IMG/VR virus record: IMGVR_UViG_3300028596_000001
Length of the DNA stretch: 64,000 bases
Strand: one strand, 5' to 3'
DNA from: a virus
Lineage: Duplodnaviria; Caudoviricetes
In this document: positions 1-9,433 of the stretch, one piece after another
How the letters are laid out: the number at the start of each line of letters is the position of its first letter
Numbering within the stretch: position 1 is the first letter of the stretch
Notes under the pieces: generated by a model
What the model saw: only the letters and a program-made list of their open reading frames with translations
Databases searched by the model: none
What the model was told of the DNA's origin: nothing
Position numbers and translations under genes: made by a program

Positions 1-1149
1 GATGGTCACACCAACCGAGATAAACAGGTATGCTTCGTAATCCTGGGCGTTCCAGAACAGAGCGGTAGTGATCCCGTGGGTATCAGCACCAATCGTTACT
101 GTAGCGCCTGGGGGCAGGGTGATGAAGTCAGCCAGGTTGTAGTTGTGGGTACCCTGAGCAGGACCACTGGTAATCCCAGTCATCCCATCGAAGTTCGCCA
201 TGTACGACGAGTCCACGATGTTAACCATCGTTGGATCGGTTTCCAGAGCGTTCACTCGATAAAAGCGATGATGCACAGTGATCTGCCCACCAGCACCAGG
301 GACCACTGCCGCTGCGATACCCTTATAAACCACACCGCCATAACCACGGTACATCAGGAACGAACGGGATTCCGAGGCAACCAACCCAGTAGCGTTCTTG
401 AACTCGTAGATGGACTTGTCAGCGATAGGGTGGAAGAACCCAACGGTGCCAGCGCTGGACACACCGGCAACGTTGTTCCAACCCAAACCGGTGTAGAAGT
501 TACGGCAGTTGAGGATCTCTTCCAGCTGGGTTTTACGAGCTACGTTGGTTGGTCCGCTGAGGAACAGACTCTGGCGCTCGAAAGACGCCGGACTCTGTCT
601 TGGCGAGAACACCATCCGATCACCGTTGAGTAGGATCGGTACCCGGCCAGCAGTAGCCCCGCTATCCAGGTAACGGGTAGGCTCAGGTCGGCTAGGTGGG
701 GCGGTAGGGTAGTCGTCTGGCATGTAGTAGCCAGCCATTTGCAATACGTCGTTCTCCTGGTAAGCACCAGCCTCGAATGCATAGGTGTTGGAGACGATTG
801 CCTGTTTAACCCCTTGCGGAGTCATGAAGGCGTCCACGTTAGCCAAAGCAATCTGCTCGGCCAAGGTCGCCACACGGAAGTTATCCTTCAAGCCCAAACT
901 AATGGTGCTCTTGGTTTCCCCGTGTACAGCCCCGGTGGAGTTAATGTGGGCATCGATGGGAATGACCACTTCATTAATAAAGGCATTGAGGCTGTCGGTG
1001 AATTCGTGCAGACGGCCTTTGGTACCTTCGTTAAATTCGGTGGTCTTTTCCTGAAAGTAATAAGCCATGTCATTGAGCTTACTGATCACCACCCCAAACC
1101 TGGGATTGGGTTCCTCAATGAACGGCGAGTCACCACCATGTACAAGCAT
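1..1149 (-). CDS. Tail fibre/baseplate-associated protein, N-terminal part (runs off the left edge; missing from the ORF track)
   Basis: Manual translation from ATG 1149 (upstream AGGAG) gives MLVHGGDSPFIEEPNPRF... The frame is stop-free in the stretches read by eye, including the last 20 codons before position 1. It contains HINSTGAVHGETKSTISLGLKDNFRVATLAEQ, the same H..HG.TK..GL..DNF..A motif as the two neighbouring fibre genes. Confidence 0.75.
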   Translation of the reverse strand, partial: MLVHGGDSPFIEEPNPRFGVVISKLNDMAYYFQEKTTEFNEGTKGRLHEFTDSLNAFINEVVIPIDAHINSTGAVHGETKSTISLGLKDNFRVATLAEQIALANVDAFMTPQGVKQAIVSNTYAFEAGAYQENDVLQMAGYYMPDDYPTAPPSRPEPTRYLDSGATAGRVPILLNGDRMVFSPRQSPASFERQSLFLSGPTNVARKTQLEEILNCRNFYTGLGWNNVAGVSSAGTVGFFHPIADKSIYEFKNATGLVASESRSFLMYRGYGGVVYKGIAAAVVPGAGGQITVHHRFYRVNALETDPTMVNIVDSSYMANFDGMTGITSGPAQGTHNYNLADFITLPPGATVTIGADTHGITTALFWNAQDYEAYLFISVGVTI

Positions 1150-1170
1150 GTAGTTCTCCTGTAAAGAACT

Positions 1171-1190
1171 GGGTGGGTTTTACCCCACCC
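1171..1190 (-). terminator. Intergenic hairpin
   Basis: GGGTGGG / CCCACCC stem between fibre genes. Confidence 0.5.
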
Positions 1191-1199
1191 TAACAGAGT

Positions 1200-4100
1200 T
1201 TAAGGAAGCAATTCAGCAGCACGCAGGAACGTGAAGTTACCATCATCCTGAGGGAAGCCAGAGCTCACCGGGATAATGCCGCCCTTACGACTGTAGCTCA
1301 GTTCCAGGTCGCCGATCATGAATGGCTGACGCCGCTCGATGAGCAGGATCTGGTTAGGCCCAGTAGTAACGGTAGCTGCGTGGATGAGTTTGCCACTTTG
1401 CCGCAACTTGGTGTCGGAGATAATGTAATGCCCTTTCTCCCCGACGATTGTGGCGTATACCCAATACTTCTTGTTCTGTGGTGCCGGATCAAGGTCACGC
1501 AGATCTTGGATACCCGTAGGCATCCGGTGCATTGTCCCGTTGATCATCAGTTCTACTTCTTCGAGGAAGAAGATAGCCCAAGCCACTTCGGGATAAGCAG
1601 TGATCGTTGCGTAGTAGCTGGTGTCCGCCCCATTGACTACAGGGAAGATCCGACAAGCACCACCAGACGAATAGATGAGCTCAGTAATGCTAGCACGATT
1701 AGCAACCGACCGATTCACCACGTCGCCTCGGGTACGTCCTACCTTAGGGATGTTGGTAATCGCGTCACCTTCTACCCAATCGGTAACAGTTCCTCCCAAG
1801 TTGGTGATCGCCCCAGTGCCGATATCCAGATCAAAGATAGTCAGGTCCATCAGCTGCGTACCAGTAACGGAAACGAAAGCCGAATTGTAGGCTGCCTTGA
1901 AAGTATTACCGGTCCGGTACATGCTCAACATGCCACGGTTTACGAGGTAAGCCGACCAGCCAGCACGCGAAGGAACTGCGTGATCGAGCTGAACGTACTC
2001 ACCTGGATCGCTGAGTACCTGGAAATCGGTAATCAGGTAGCAACCGGGGTGGTTTGCATTAGGTGCTTCCACAATAGGACGGATGTGGAGTAGCCGGGCG
2101 TTCAAGATGGGCGATGAGGCGTCCGCACGTTCCGGATACTTCATGTGCAGAATCGCACTATTCAGACCAGCAAACATCCCACCTACGGCACCGTCCAGCA
2201 TGTTCACGGTGAAGGACCAGAAAGCTCCTTGCTTAGCCGGAGGAATCAAACTACGCACTTTAGCCTTGAACGATTCGGACAACCCGTAATAATCGTTAGG
2301 CTCGTACATCATCTTCTGGTTTGCCACGTCCAGGGTGCGACGGTAGGTTTTAGGGAAGGTGAGGAAAGCTCCTGCTGGGTTAGGTGCCTGGAATGCTTCC
2401 GAAGGCAAGGTAAGGCGAGACAGCATATACAACGATGCACTAGACCAACCACAGCAAGCCATACTCATGTTACCAGCACCAACTCCCCGTGCCGCCAACT
2501 CTGCTGCCGAACCAGTAATACTGATCACTGCTTCGAAAACAGACATGTTGGTGTCGTACACAGTGTTAACCAAAGGCCGGCTGTAAACCTGGCCATAGTT
2601 AATGTTGGAGACCTGGGGACGGATCGCATAATCACCACTCACATTCCGACAAACCACTTTGGCATGAATGCCTGCGTTGGCCGGACGGTTAATGGTGGTT
2701 GGCGTAGTTACGAAGTTCTCTCCTTCAAACTCGTAGGCCAGATATCGTGTACTCAAACCAATCGGAACTGGGGTAAGGATGTTCCGACGTCTGAGCTGGA
2801 TGTTGTGCGCCTTGATACGGTCAGTTCCAACGTGCCCCCGCAACAGCTCCTCCCTGCTGTTAATGACCTGACCACTGGAACTATACGCCCACTTAGTAGT
2901 CTGGATGAAGCTATTGAGCGGGACCATTTCCGCAGCATCGTCGGTTACGCCGCCCACGGTCTCACCCTGTGGGGTGGTAATAACCGCCTGCTTAACAAAA
3001 CGAACTGTGTAGTTATACCAGTTCATCATTTTTGTACGTTCGTTGACCCAGCCCACCGGGTCATTGTAGTCGACGTTAAACGTTGGCTGTGTGTACAGAG
3101 ACGTCATCGCACCAGTAGCGAGGTTGATCTCGTAAACTACGTTGGTGATAGCCTGAACCGGGTTAAAACCCAACCCTGGTGGGGTGTAGTCAAAGAACGT
3201 AAACAACACGACGTTCAAATAGGCTACGTTAGCCGCTCCAGTCTTCTTGGCCATCATCGGCAAGATACGGCGACTGAACTGACCGTTAGTGTTCGCTGCC
3301 AACGGGATAGGGCTAAAGGTGTAACGACCCCAACGAACAATCCCACCATTAACAATCTGACGCTGGGCGTATTCCCAGTGATTGTAATTGGAGTAAACCA
3401 CACCGTCGTAGTCTGGGTAAGTGATCTTGATCAATTCCCAGGTAGCTGGAGTAGCGTCGATCAGTGCTTGTTTAGGAATTCTCCAGAAGCTCAGACGACC
3501 TGCCGAGTGGATACCACCATCCGTGTTATATCCGTGGGATTCAACTACCAGGATCGCCCAGTCATCAATCAGGTTAACCGACATCCGCCCGTGGTATGGA
3601 TAGACATCGAGTTTACTGGTAGGGCTGATAGCCCCAATCTGCGCATAGACCGGAGCCATGTTGACTTTGATGTACCGGTGTCCCGCCGGGTCAAAGCTGT
3701 TATTGGTGAGGGCCAAATACCATTTATCGTTTACAGTCGGGTTTGACCCATAGGTCTGACCGACCATGATGATGTCGTTACCACTACCCATGATGATCGC
3801 ATCGGGTTCTACCCCAATGTTGGTCAGTACTGGCGGTTCGTACTTATAAGCGGTATAGATGAAGTCATACAACTTGTTCGGGTTGAACGGACCGTTGTAA
3901 TCACTCAGCGTGGAGAAGTACAACCCCTCGTTGCGGCCATCGAAATGGTTTTGGATGATAACGGTACGACCATCCGGCTCGATACAAATACCCATGCACT
4001 CAGAACGACTACCCAGCCCCTCGAAGGAACCAGTAATGATCGGAGGGATGTACCCGCCGTTACTGAACTTGCTTACCGGCAAGATACCAGCACGCATTGC

Positions 4101-4919
4101 CTCGCTAGTGTCCGGGATATAGTCTTTAAGCAGCTCCTGAGCGCCCTGTGGGGTGCTGAGCAGCGTAGCCGATGTACCGGCCTTCTGTTCAGCCAACGAG
4201 GCCGTACGGTAGTTAGGGTGGTTACCCATGTTTACCGAGTCCTTAGTCGGGCCGTGTGGGACGTTGTAGTTGGAGTCGTGAGCCTTGAGTCGTGCTTGCT
4301 GGGCGTCACGCACCGCATACAGCTGGTCGAATGCTGCACGAATGGCATCGTTCAGATCTTCGGATACCGCAGGGTCACGAGTACTGACGATGCCAGCCAG
4401 GTAAGTGTAGAACCAGGTCAGTTCATACCAGTCACCGATCTCGGTCTTGATGCTGTGGCCGTGCCATTCTGGGGGCAGGGTAGCCGGAACACCAAACACC
4501 TTAGACCAAGGCACTGGGATATTGCCCTTGTGCATTTCATACATCCATTCCTCGATGCTGTTACGAGGAACGAAGTAAGCACCCACACTCTGGTAGTTAA
4601 TGGTGACGTATTCGTTTTCTTCGCGGATCTCGTCACTCAGCCGTACAAAACAAACAATCGGTCGACCGGTAACTTCTACCAACGGCATGAATTCTTCTTC
4701 GAGCCAATAGTCACGATCGCGTTTCAGTTCGGTACCGCGCTGATCGTAGACTACGGTCAGAGGCAACTGCCCATTCTTGGGATAGTCGCCAAAGAAAGGA
4801 GATGCGTCAGGAATGACCCAAGGACAGGTCTTGTCCTGAATCGGCATCTTCTCCCCTACAAACTTGTTCACGGGGTTCTTACCGTGAATGTCAAATTGCA
4901 CAATACGCAACGTATCCAT
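1200..4919 (-). CDS. Large tail fibre/baseplate appendage protein (phiKZ gp145/146-like family), 1239 aa
   Basis: Long ORF with the HG.TK motif and an IPP.I.GSFEGLG block. The C-terminus (DLRDLDPAPQNK...ELLP) is paralogous to 4979..8530. Confidence 0.75.
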   Translation of the reverse strand: MDTLRIVQFDIHGKNPVNKFVGEKMPIQDKTCPWVIPDASPFFGDYPKNGQLPLTVVYDQRGTELKRDRDYWLEEEFMPLVEVTGRPIVCFVRLSDEIREENEYVTINYQSVGAYFVPRNSIEEWMYEMHKGNIPVPWSKVFGVPATLPPEWHGHSIKTEIGDWYELTWFYTYLAGIVSTRDPAVSEDLNDAIRAAFDQLYAVRDAQQARLKAHDSNYNVPHGPTKDSVNMGNHPNYRTASLAEQKAGTSATLLSTPQGAQELLKDYIPDTSEAMRAGILPVSKFSNGGYIPPIITGSFEGLGSRSECMGICIEPDGRTVIIQNHFDGRNEGLYFSTLSDYNGPFNPNKLYDFIYTAYKYEPPVLTNIGVEPDAIIMGSGNDIIMVGQTYGSNPTVNDKWYLALTNNSFDPAGHRYIKVNMAPVYAQIGAISPTSKLDVYPYHGRMSVNLIDDWAILVVESHGYNTDGGIHSAGRLSFWRIPKQALIDATPATWELIKITYPDYDGVVYSNYNHWEYAQRQIVNGGIVRWGRYTFSPIPLAANTNGQFSRRILPMMAKKTGAANVAYLNVVLFTFFDYTPPGLGFNPVQAITNVVYEINLATGAMTSLYTQPTFNVDYNDPVGWVNERTKMMNWYNYTVRFVKQAVITTPQGETVGGVTDDAAEMVPLNSFIQTTKWAYSSSGQVINSREELLRGHVGTDRIKAHNIQLRRRNILTPVPIGLSTRYLAYEFEGENFVTTPTTINRPANAGIHAKVVCRNVSGDYAIRPQVSNINYGQVYSRPLVNTVYDTNMSVFEAVISITGSAAELAARGVGAGNMSMACCGWSSASLYMLSRLTLPSEAFQAPNPAGAFLTFPKTYRRTLDVANQKMMYEPNDYYGLSESFKAKVRSLIPPAKQGAFWSFTVNMLDGAVGGMFAGLNSAILHMKYPERADASSPILNARLLHIRPIVEAPNANHPGCYLITDFQVLSDPGEYVQLDHAVPSRAGWSAYLVNRGMLSMYRTGNTFKAAYNSAFVSVTGTQLMDLTIFDLDIGTGAITNLGGTVTDWVEGDAITNIPKVGRTRGDVVNRSVANRASITELIYSSGGACRIFPVVNGADTSYYATITAYPEVAWAIFFLEEVELMINGTMHRMPTGIQDLRDLDPAPQNKKYWVYATIVGEKGHYIISDTKLRQSGKLIHAATVTTGPNQILLIERRQPFMIGDLELSYSRKGGIIPVSSGFPQDDGNFTFLRAAELLP

Positions 4920-4941
4920 TCTTGATGCCTTTTAAAACAGG

Positions 4942-4971
4942 GGGAGTGTGGGGCGAACCCCACACCCTCCC
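4942..4971 (-). terminator. Intergenic hairpin
   Basis: GGGAG-TGTGGGG CGAA CCCCACA-C-CCTCCC. Confidence 0.6.
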
Positions 4972-4978
4972 ATTTACT

Positions 4979-7900
4979 TTAAGGAAGGAGTTCATCACTC
5001 CGTAGCCAAGGCAACTGACCTTCTGTGTTAGCCAGACCAGAGCTAGCAGGAATGCTGTTACCCCGCTTGAGTTCAGAAACACGGTTACCGTTTAGTGTAA
5101 ACACGTTAAACCGTTCGATCGTAGAGATCTGCAAAGGACCGGTGACCACAGTACCTACCCACAACGAGAACGGAGACTCCAGACGTTTGTCCGCAGCAAT
5201 CTCGTATGTCGGCACACCGTTGCGCAACAGCGCATAGATGTAGAAGGTTTTGTTCTGTGGGGCAGGATCGATATCGCGCAGGTCGATAGCTCCAGGCGGG
5301 AAGTTGTAACTCTTCCCGTTGAAGACTGCCTTAATAGCAGACTTGAAGAACACAGTCCAGCCGATCTGCGGATAAGCCGAACCAAGCAGGACCGTTTTAG
5401 TAGCGCCCTGGAACATGGTACCTGCACCGCCGGTCGAGCTACTGTGTGGTAGGGCATACACTACTGCGTCATCAGGAGCAACGCACTTGTGATTACCGCC
5501 GCCACTCTGCCCAGTCATGGTAATAAGGGTTGCCGAATCATTCCAGCGACGAGTTGCTTTGTTGTCGTATTGGAACAACGAGTAAGTAACCAAACTATCT
5601 CCTGGTCCCCCCGCACTAATCCCTGGATCAAAGAATCCAATGATCTGGTTACCGTTTACATGGTAGCCAGCACGCGGAGCGCCGTGTGTCGAGTTAGGGT
5701 GGTTACCAGCCACAAAAGCGTCCCAGGTAGTAGGGGTGAGGTAAGCAGCAGCGCCTTCATACACGTAATGCTTTTTATCAAGCACCGTGTACCCAGTGAC
5801 TACCTTGTTGGCTCCCCCGGAATAAACCGGGGCGATGCTGAGCAAAGTAACACGACGATCTGTTGTACCTACCTTGGCCCAGTTGATCATCACCATGATC
5901 GGCAGCCAACCAAACTTGTTGGTGAGATCGCCAGTTGGGTCACAGATGCTGACAAAGACTCTAGGACATACGTTCATCCCTGCAACATCATCAACCTCTG
6001 TTTTAAGTTGGTTAACGATGGACTGCGGATACAAGATTGTCGAAGTGGGGACAATATTGATAGTGCCGTCAGCCTGTATTTGTCGAACGTGTCCTGTGAT
6101 CAATGGAACGTCGTCAGGGTTAGTGCCGGCGAACCAAGTACCAGGGTACTGGGCGTAATCCATGTACTTCTTCTGAACGCCTACACAGAAAGTCGACTCT
6201 CCGAGATCGGTGCCAAAGGAATCCAACTGAGCTGCAGGGACGGTAACACTAGCCCCACCAGCTTGCGGAGGTCCGTTAACTTGACGAACGTCGTTGTTCA
6301 ACGGGCGCGCCAGCATATTGGGGTACAGGATGTTGGTTACTTCAGTGCGCTTAGCCAACTTCCCCGGGCCAACACGGTAATACAACCGATTGAAGCCAAG
6401 GGTTGCAGGATCAGGAGCATTGTAGAAATCGCCACCATTGCCCAACAGGAACGATCTAGGCTTCACCGTAGACTTCAGCGGGCTTACGATCGTTTCGATT
6501 ATCCTGGTATCACTAACGTCAGCATCTACCTCCGTATTCCATACCCGCCGCATTGTTTCATAAGGGGTTTTCCAACTACGTGATTTCAACATGTGCATAC
6601 CACGTGGGAAACTTTGGTATTCACCCCTGCTGGCAACAATGGTACCATCATCAAGAATGGTCACGCCCTGCTGTCGGTCGTAAAACACCAACAGGGTCAT
6701 TACGTTATTGCCCCGGCTCGGCAGGTTGGTGTAATCCAAATTATGCCGAGGGGTCTGGTTGACCAACGTCATTATGTTGGTGGCCGGATCGAACTCATAC
6801 AACATATCGATCATGGTGTCATAGTTGACGTTAATGCCAGGGACGATGTACCTGGAATAGAACGCAGCCATGAACCGCAACAGGAATTTACCTGGCTTGT
6901 CCGGGATTGGGCAGACCAGGGTTTGCTGTCCTCGATAAGCCCCAGTGGTAATCAAATTATCCTTCTGGACAAAATCGAAGTACCATCTGTAGTAGTGGTC
7001 TGACTTACCATTCGGATGCGGGATAGGGGTACCCCAGCGCCAGTTTGGTGAGTTCATCCACTGCATGCCCTCGCCGTCTTTAAAGCTGAGGGTTACATGT
7101 ACGGCGGTGGCCGGCAACTGACTGGCTACAGTAGCCTTGGGTACCCTGAACATATACCGGAAGTTAATCCCGGTGGTGCCAAATTCCGCTACCTTGCTAG
7201 CGTTATAAGGCGTTGCCAGTACCAGATAAATCCAGTCGCCCATCAACACCACACTAAGGTTGTTAAACCAACCAACGACACTGTGGCCTGCCGGAAGCGT
7301 GTTCGCAAGTGCCGAGACGTCCAAACGGCTGTAAACGTGTTTAGCTGGATCCAGCGAACCGTTAGTCAACCCGAGATAGAACGCATTCTTGGTGCTGTCG
7401 CATACCAGGATAACTTCTTTACCGCTACCTTGGGCAATGAAGTTAGGCCTGGCACCATCCGCCTCGAACAACTGGTGGGTATAACGATAACCGGTGTAGT
7501 CCAATTTCGGTTTGTCGTATGGGGTTTGTACCACAGAGTAATACAAGCCCTGCACCCGGCCATCGAAACGGTTGGCCAGGAACACTAACGAACCGTCAGA
7601 CTCCATGCAGATGCCAGCGGTTTCGGACATACCGCCCAAACCTTCAAACGAACCGTCGATAGAAGGCGGGATGAAGTTACTGTTACCGAACTGGGCAACA
7701 GGCAACAGGTTACTACCCAGCAACTCCGCAGCGTTGAACGCGTAGGTGTCGAGGATGGTCTTCATGCCGCCTGGAGTGAGGTGACGATCACTACGCGGAG
7801 TAATCAGATCGTCACCACGAGCAGTGGGGAAGTTGTCCACCAGCCCCAGGCCAGCCTGGGTCTTGGTGAAGCCATGGCTGTCGTAAGCGTTCTTGTGGCG

Positions 7901-8530
7901 GTTCAGGCTGTCCAACAACTCAGTCTTGTAGACGTTGATGTAGTTGGTCATCAAGTTGATGTAATGATCGAACTTGACTTCCAGCGCAGTACGAGCATTC
8001 ATCTCCATCAGCGCCATCATCGATTCGATCAGGTCCACCCAATCCTTGAACGCCACCATGTCGTACAGCAGGCTGTGGCGGTGCAGCTTAGGCCGGAACG
8101 ACGTTGGCTTGTTGGTGAGGTATTCCCACCAGGCCGGACGGTTGTCGTTGGTGAGATCGATAACCATCTTGAGGAAAGTACTGTCGAACAGACTGAACTC
8201 CCCTACCACGTCGTAATCGATAAACCCGGCAGTGATATCCGGATTCAGGAACTCGATCATGCACGCTACCGGTTTAGCGGTAAGTTCGGTCAACCCACCC
8301 ATGATGCGGTAAATGCGGTAGTCACCCTTACCTTCCTTGTTAGCCGCAACAAGTGGTTCCATGTTCGCGTTGTAAACCCGCAGGCTCTTTACAAAGAACG
8401 GGGCGTTAACCGGTACTACGATCCTGGTCCAAATCCCAGGGGCCATAGCAAACGGTTCCCCCTGGATTTTGTTATCAGGATTGATATTCAGAATATCCTT
8501 GCGGTATTCCGGGACAATAGGGAAGTTCAT
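4979..8530 (-). CDS. Large tail fibre/baseplate appendage protein, paralog of 1200..4919
   Basis: Start moved to ATG 8530 (AAGGA RBS). Shares the N-terminal module, the HGFTK..GLGLVDNF motif, IPPSIDGSFEGLG and the C-terminal DLRDIDPAPQNK...ELLP. Confidence 0.75.
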   Translation of the reverse strand: MNFPIVPEYRKDILNINPDNKIQGEPFAMAPGIWTRIVVPVNAPFFVKSLRVYNANMEPLVAANKEGKGDYRIYRIMGGLTELTAKPVACMIEFLNPDITAGFIDYDVVGEFSLFDSTFLKMVIDLTNDNRPAWWEYLTNKPTSFRPKLHRHSLLYDMVAFKDWVDLIESMMALMEMNARTALEVKFDHYINLMTNYINVYKTELLDSLNRHKNAYDSHGFTKTQAGLGLVDNFPTARGDDLITPRSDRHLTPGGMKTILDTYAFNAAELLGSNLLPVAQFGNSNFIPPSIDGSFEGLGGMSETAGICMESDGSLVFLANRFDGRVQGLYYSVVQTPYDKPKLDYTGYRYTHQLFEADGARPNFIAQGSGKEVILVCDSTKNAFYLGLTNGSLDPAKHVYSRLDVSALANTLPAGHSVVGWFNNLSVVLMGDWIYLVLATPYNASKVAEFGTTGINFRYMFRVPKATVASQLPATAVHVTLSFKDGEGMQWMNSPNWRWGTPIPHPNGKSDHYYRWYFDFVQKDNLITTGAYRGQQTLVCPIPDKPGKFLLRFMAAFYSRYIVPGINVNYDTMIDMLYEFDPATNIMTLVNQTPRHNLDYTNLPSRGNNVMTLLVFYDRQQGVTILDDGTIVASRGEYQSFPRGMHMLKSRSWKTPYETMRRVWNTEVDADVSDTRIIETIVSPLKSTVKPRSFLLGNGGDFYNAPDPATLGFNRLYYRVGPGKLAKRTEVTNILYPNMLARPLNNDVRQVNGPPQAGGASVTVPAAQLDSFGTDLGESTFCVGVQKKYMDYAQYPGTWFAGTNPDDVPLITGHVRQIQADGTINIVPTSTILYPQSIVNQLKTEVDDVAGMNVCPRVFVSICDPTGDLTNKFGWLPIMVMINWAKVGTTDRRVTLLSIAPVYSGGANKVVTGYTVLDKKHYVYEGAAAYLTPTTWDAFVAGNHPNSTHGAPRAGYHVNGNQIIGFFDPGISAGGPGDSLVTYSLFQYDNKATRRWNDSATLITMTGQSGGGNHKCVAPDDAVVYALPHSSSTGGAGTMFQGATKTVLLGSAYPQIGWTVFFKSAIKAVFNGKSYNFPPGAIDLRDIDPAPQNKTFYIYALLRNGVPTYEIAADKRLESPFSLWVGTVVTGPLQISTIERFNVFTLNGNRVSELKRGNSIPASSGLANTEGQLPWLRSDELLP

Positions 8531-8540
8531 GGATTGTTCC

Positions 8541-9305
8541 TTAATCGAGTTTAAGGGTACCATCCCGCAGCTGACGGAGACCCTCTTTAAAGGTTTCCAT
8601 GGTCAAGGTGACGTTGGCACTGTTACCCTTAAGGTCGTTGGTAGTCGACGGGCGGTTGTTCGCCACATCTGGAATACCGAGATCGCCTTTGTCGGCCGGG
8701 TGTGCTTCTGGCAGACGTTTCTGCAAGTGCTCTTCCAGCAAGGCCAGGGCGTTGGTAGTAGCTGAGGTGTCAGTCAGTACCATGATCAGGCTTTTCAGCG
8801 CGGTGTAGTTCTCCAGCCAGTCGTAGGTCTGGGTCTCTGGGTGTTCGTGTGGATCTGGTGGGAAGTCGAACGGTACGTCTACCAGATCACCCCAGTCAAC
8901 GATACGCGGGCTGTTGGCAATGTTCGCCACCAGGGTAGCCCAAGCCACTTCATCGAGGATGAACGGACCACCGATGGTATCGTAGTCGCACAACAGTACT
9001 TCGTTGGGGAACGGCTTCAACAGTACGATCGCACCAAAACAGTTACGCTGGTAGGTCTGAATGAAACGATCGAAGCTGTGAGCGAAGGCGTAGTCTACGC
9101 CTGGAGTAAGTGGGGTGTTACTACCTTGACGACGGATTACAAACTTGCTGTTGGGCTTGGTAACTGGAGCGCCAGAAAAGAACGGACCGCAGCGAGGAAC
9201 GAAGACACGACGGTCATTATCACCGGAGGTTTTGATGACTTCTCCGATGATCCTGCAATCGATTCGCTCCTGGAATGGGTTCCATGGATAAGTGGGGTTA
9301 GCCAT
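8541..9305 (-). CDS. Baseplate/fibre adaptor-like protein consisting only of the N-terminal module shared with the two fibres
   Basis: AGGAG RBS before ATG 9305. The PFF...DY..DYDTIGG.F...W..L..VP..FPP..H.H pattern is also found at the fibre N-termini. Confidence 0.65.
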   Translation of the reverse strand: MANPTYPWNPFQERIDCRIIGEVIKTSGDNDRRVFVPRCGPFFSGAPVTKPNSKFVIRRQGSNTPLTPGVDYAFAHSFDRFIQTYQRNCFGAIVLLKPFPNEVLLCDYDTIGGPFILDEVAWATLVANIANSPRIVDWGDLVDVPFDFPPDPHEHPETQTYDWLENYTALKSLIMVLTDTSATTNALALLEEHLQKRLPEAHPADKGDLGIPDVANNRPSTTNDLKGNSANVTLTMETFKEGLRQLRDGTLKLD

Positions 9306-9433
9306 CAATAATGCTCCTGTTAAGAATTACTAGGGCTGAAGGCATTTTATGACCTGCCCCTTACAGTGAAGCTGAGGGCTATAAGCTTATAGCCTTAGCA
9401 TTTTTCATAGAATCCAAAGGAGTTGCACCCCCT

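Noticed and set aside
1-9305. Possible diversity-generating retroelement or invertible cassette acting on the fibre genes
   Set aside because: No reverse transcriptase or recombinase, and no near-identical template/variable repeat or inverted recombination sites were seen; the similarity is old paralogy.
8541-9305. Endolysin next to the lysis genes
   Set aside because: The sequence matches the fibre N-terminal module, and no peptidoglycan-binding or lysozyme motifs were recognised.
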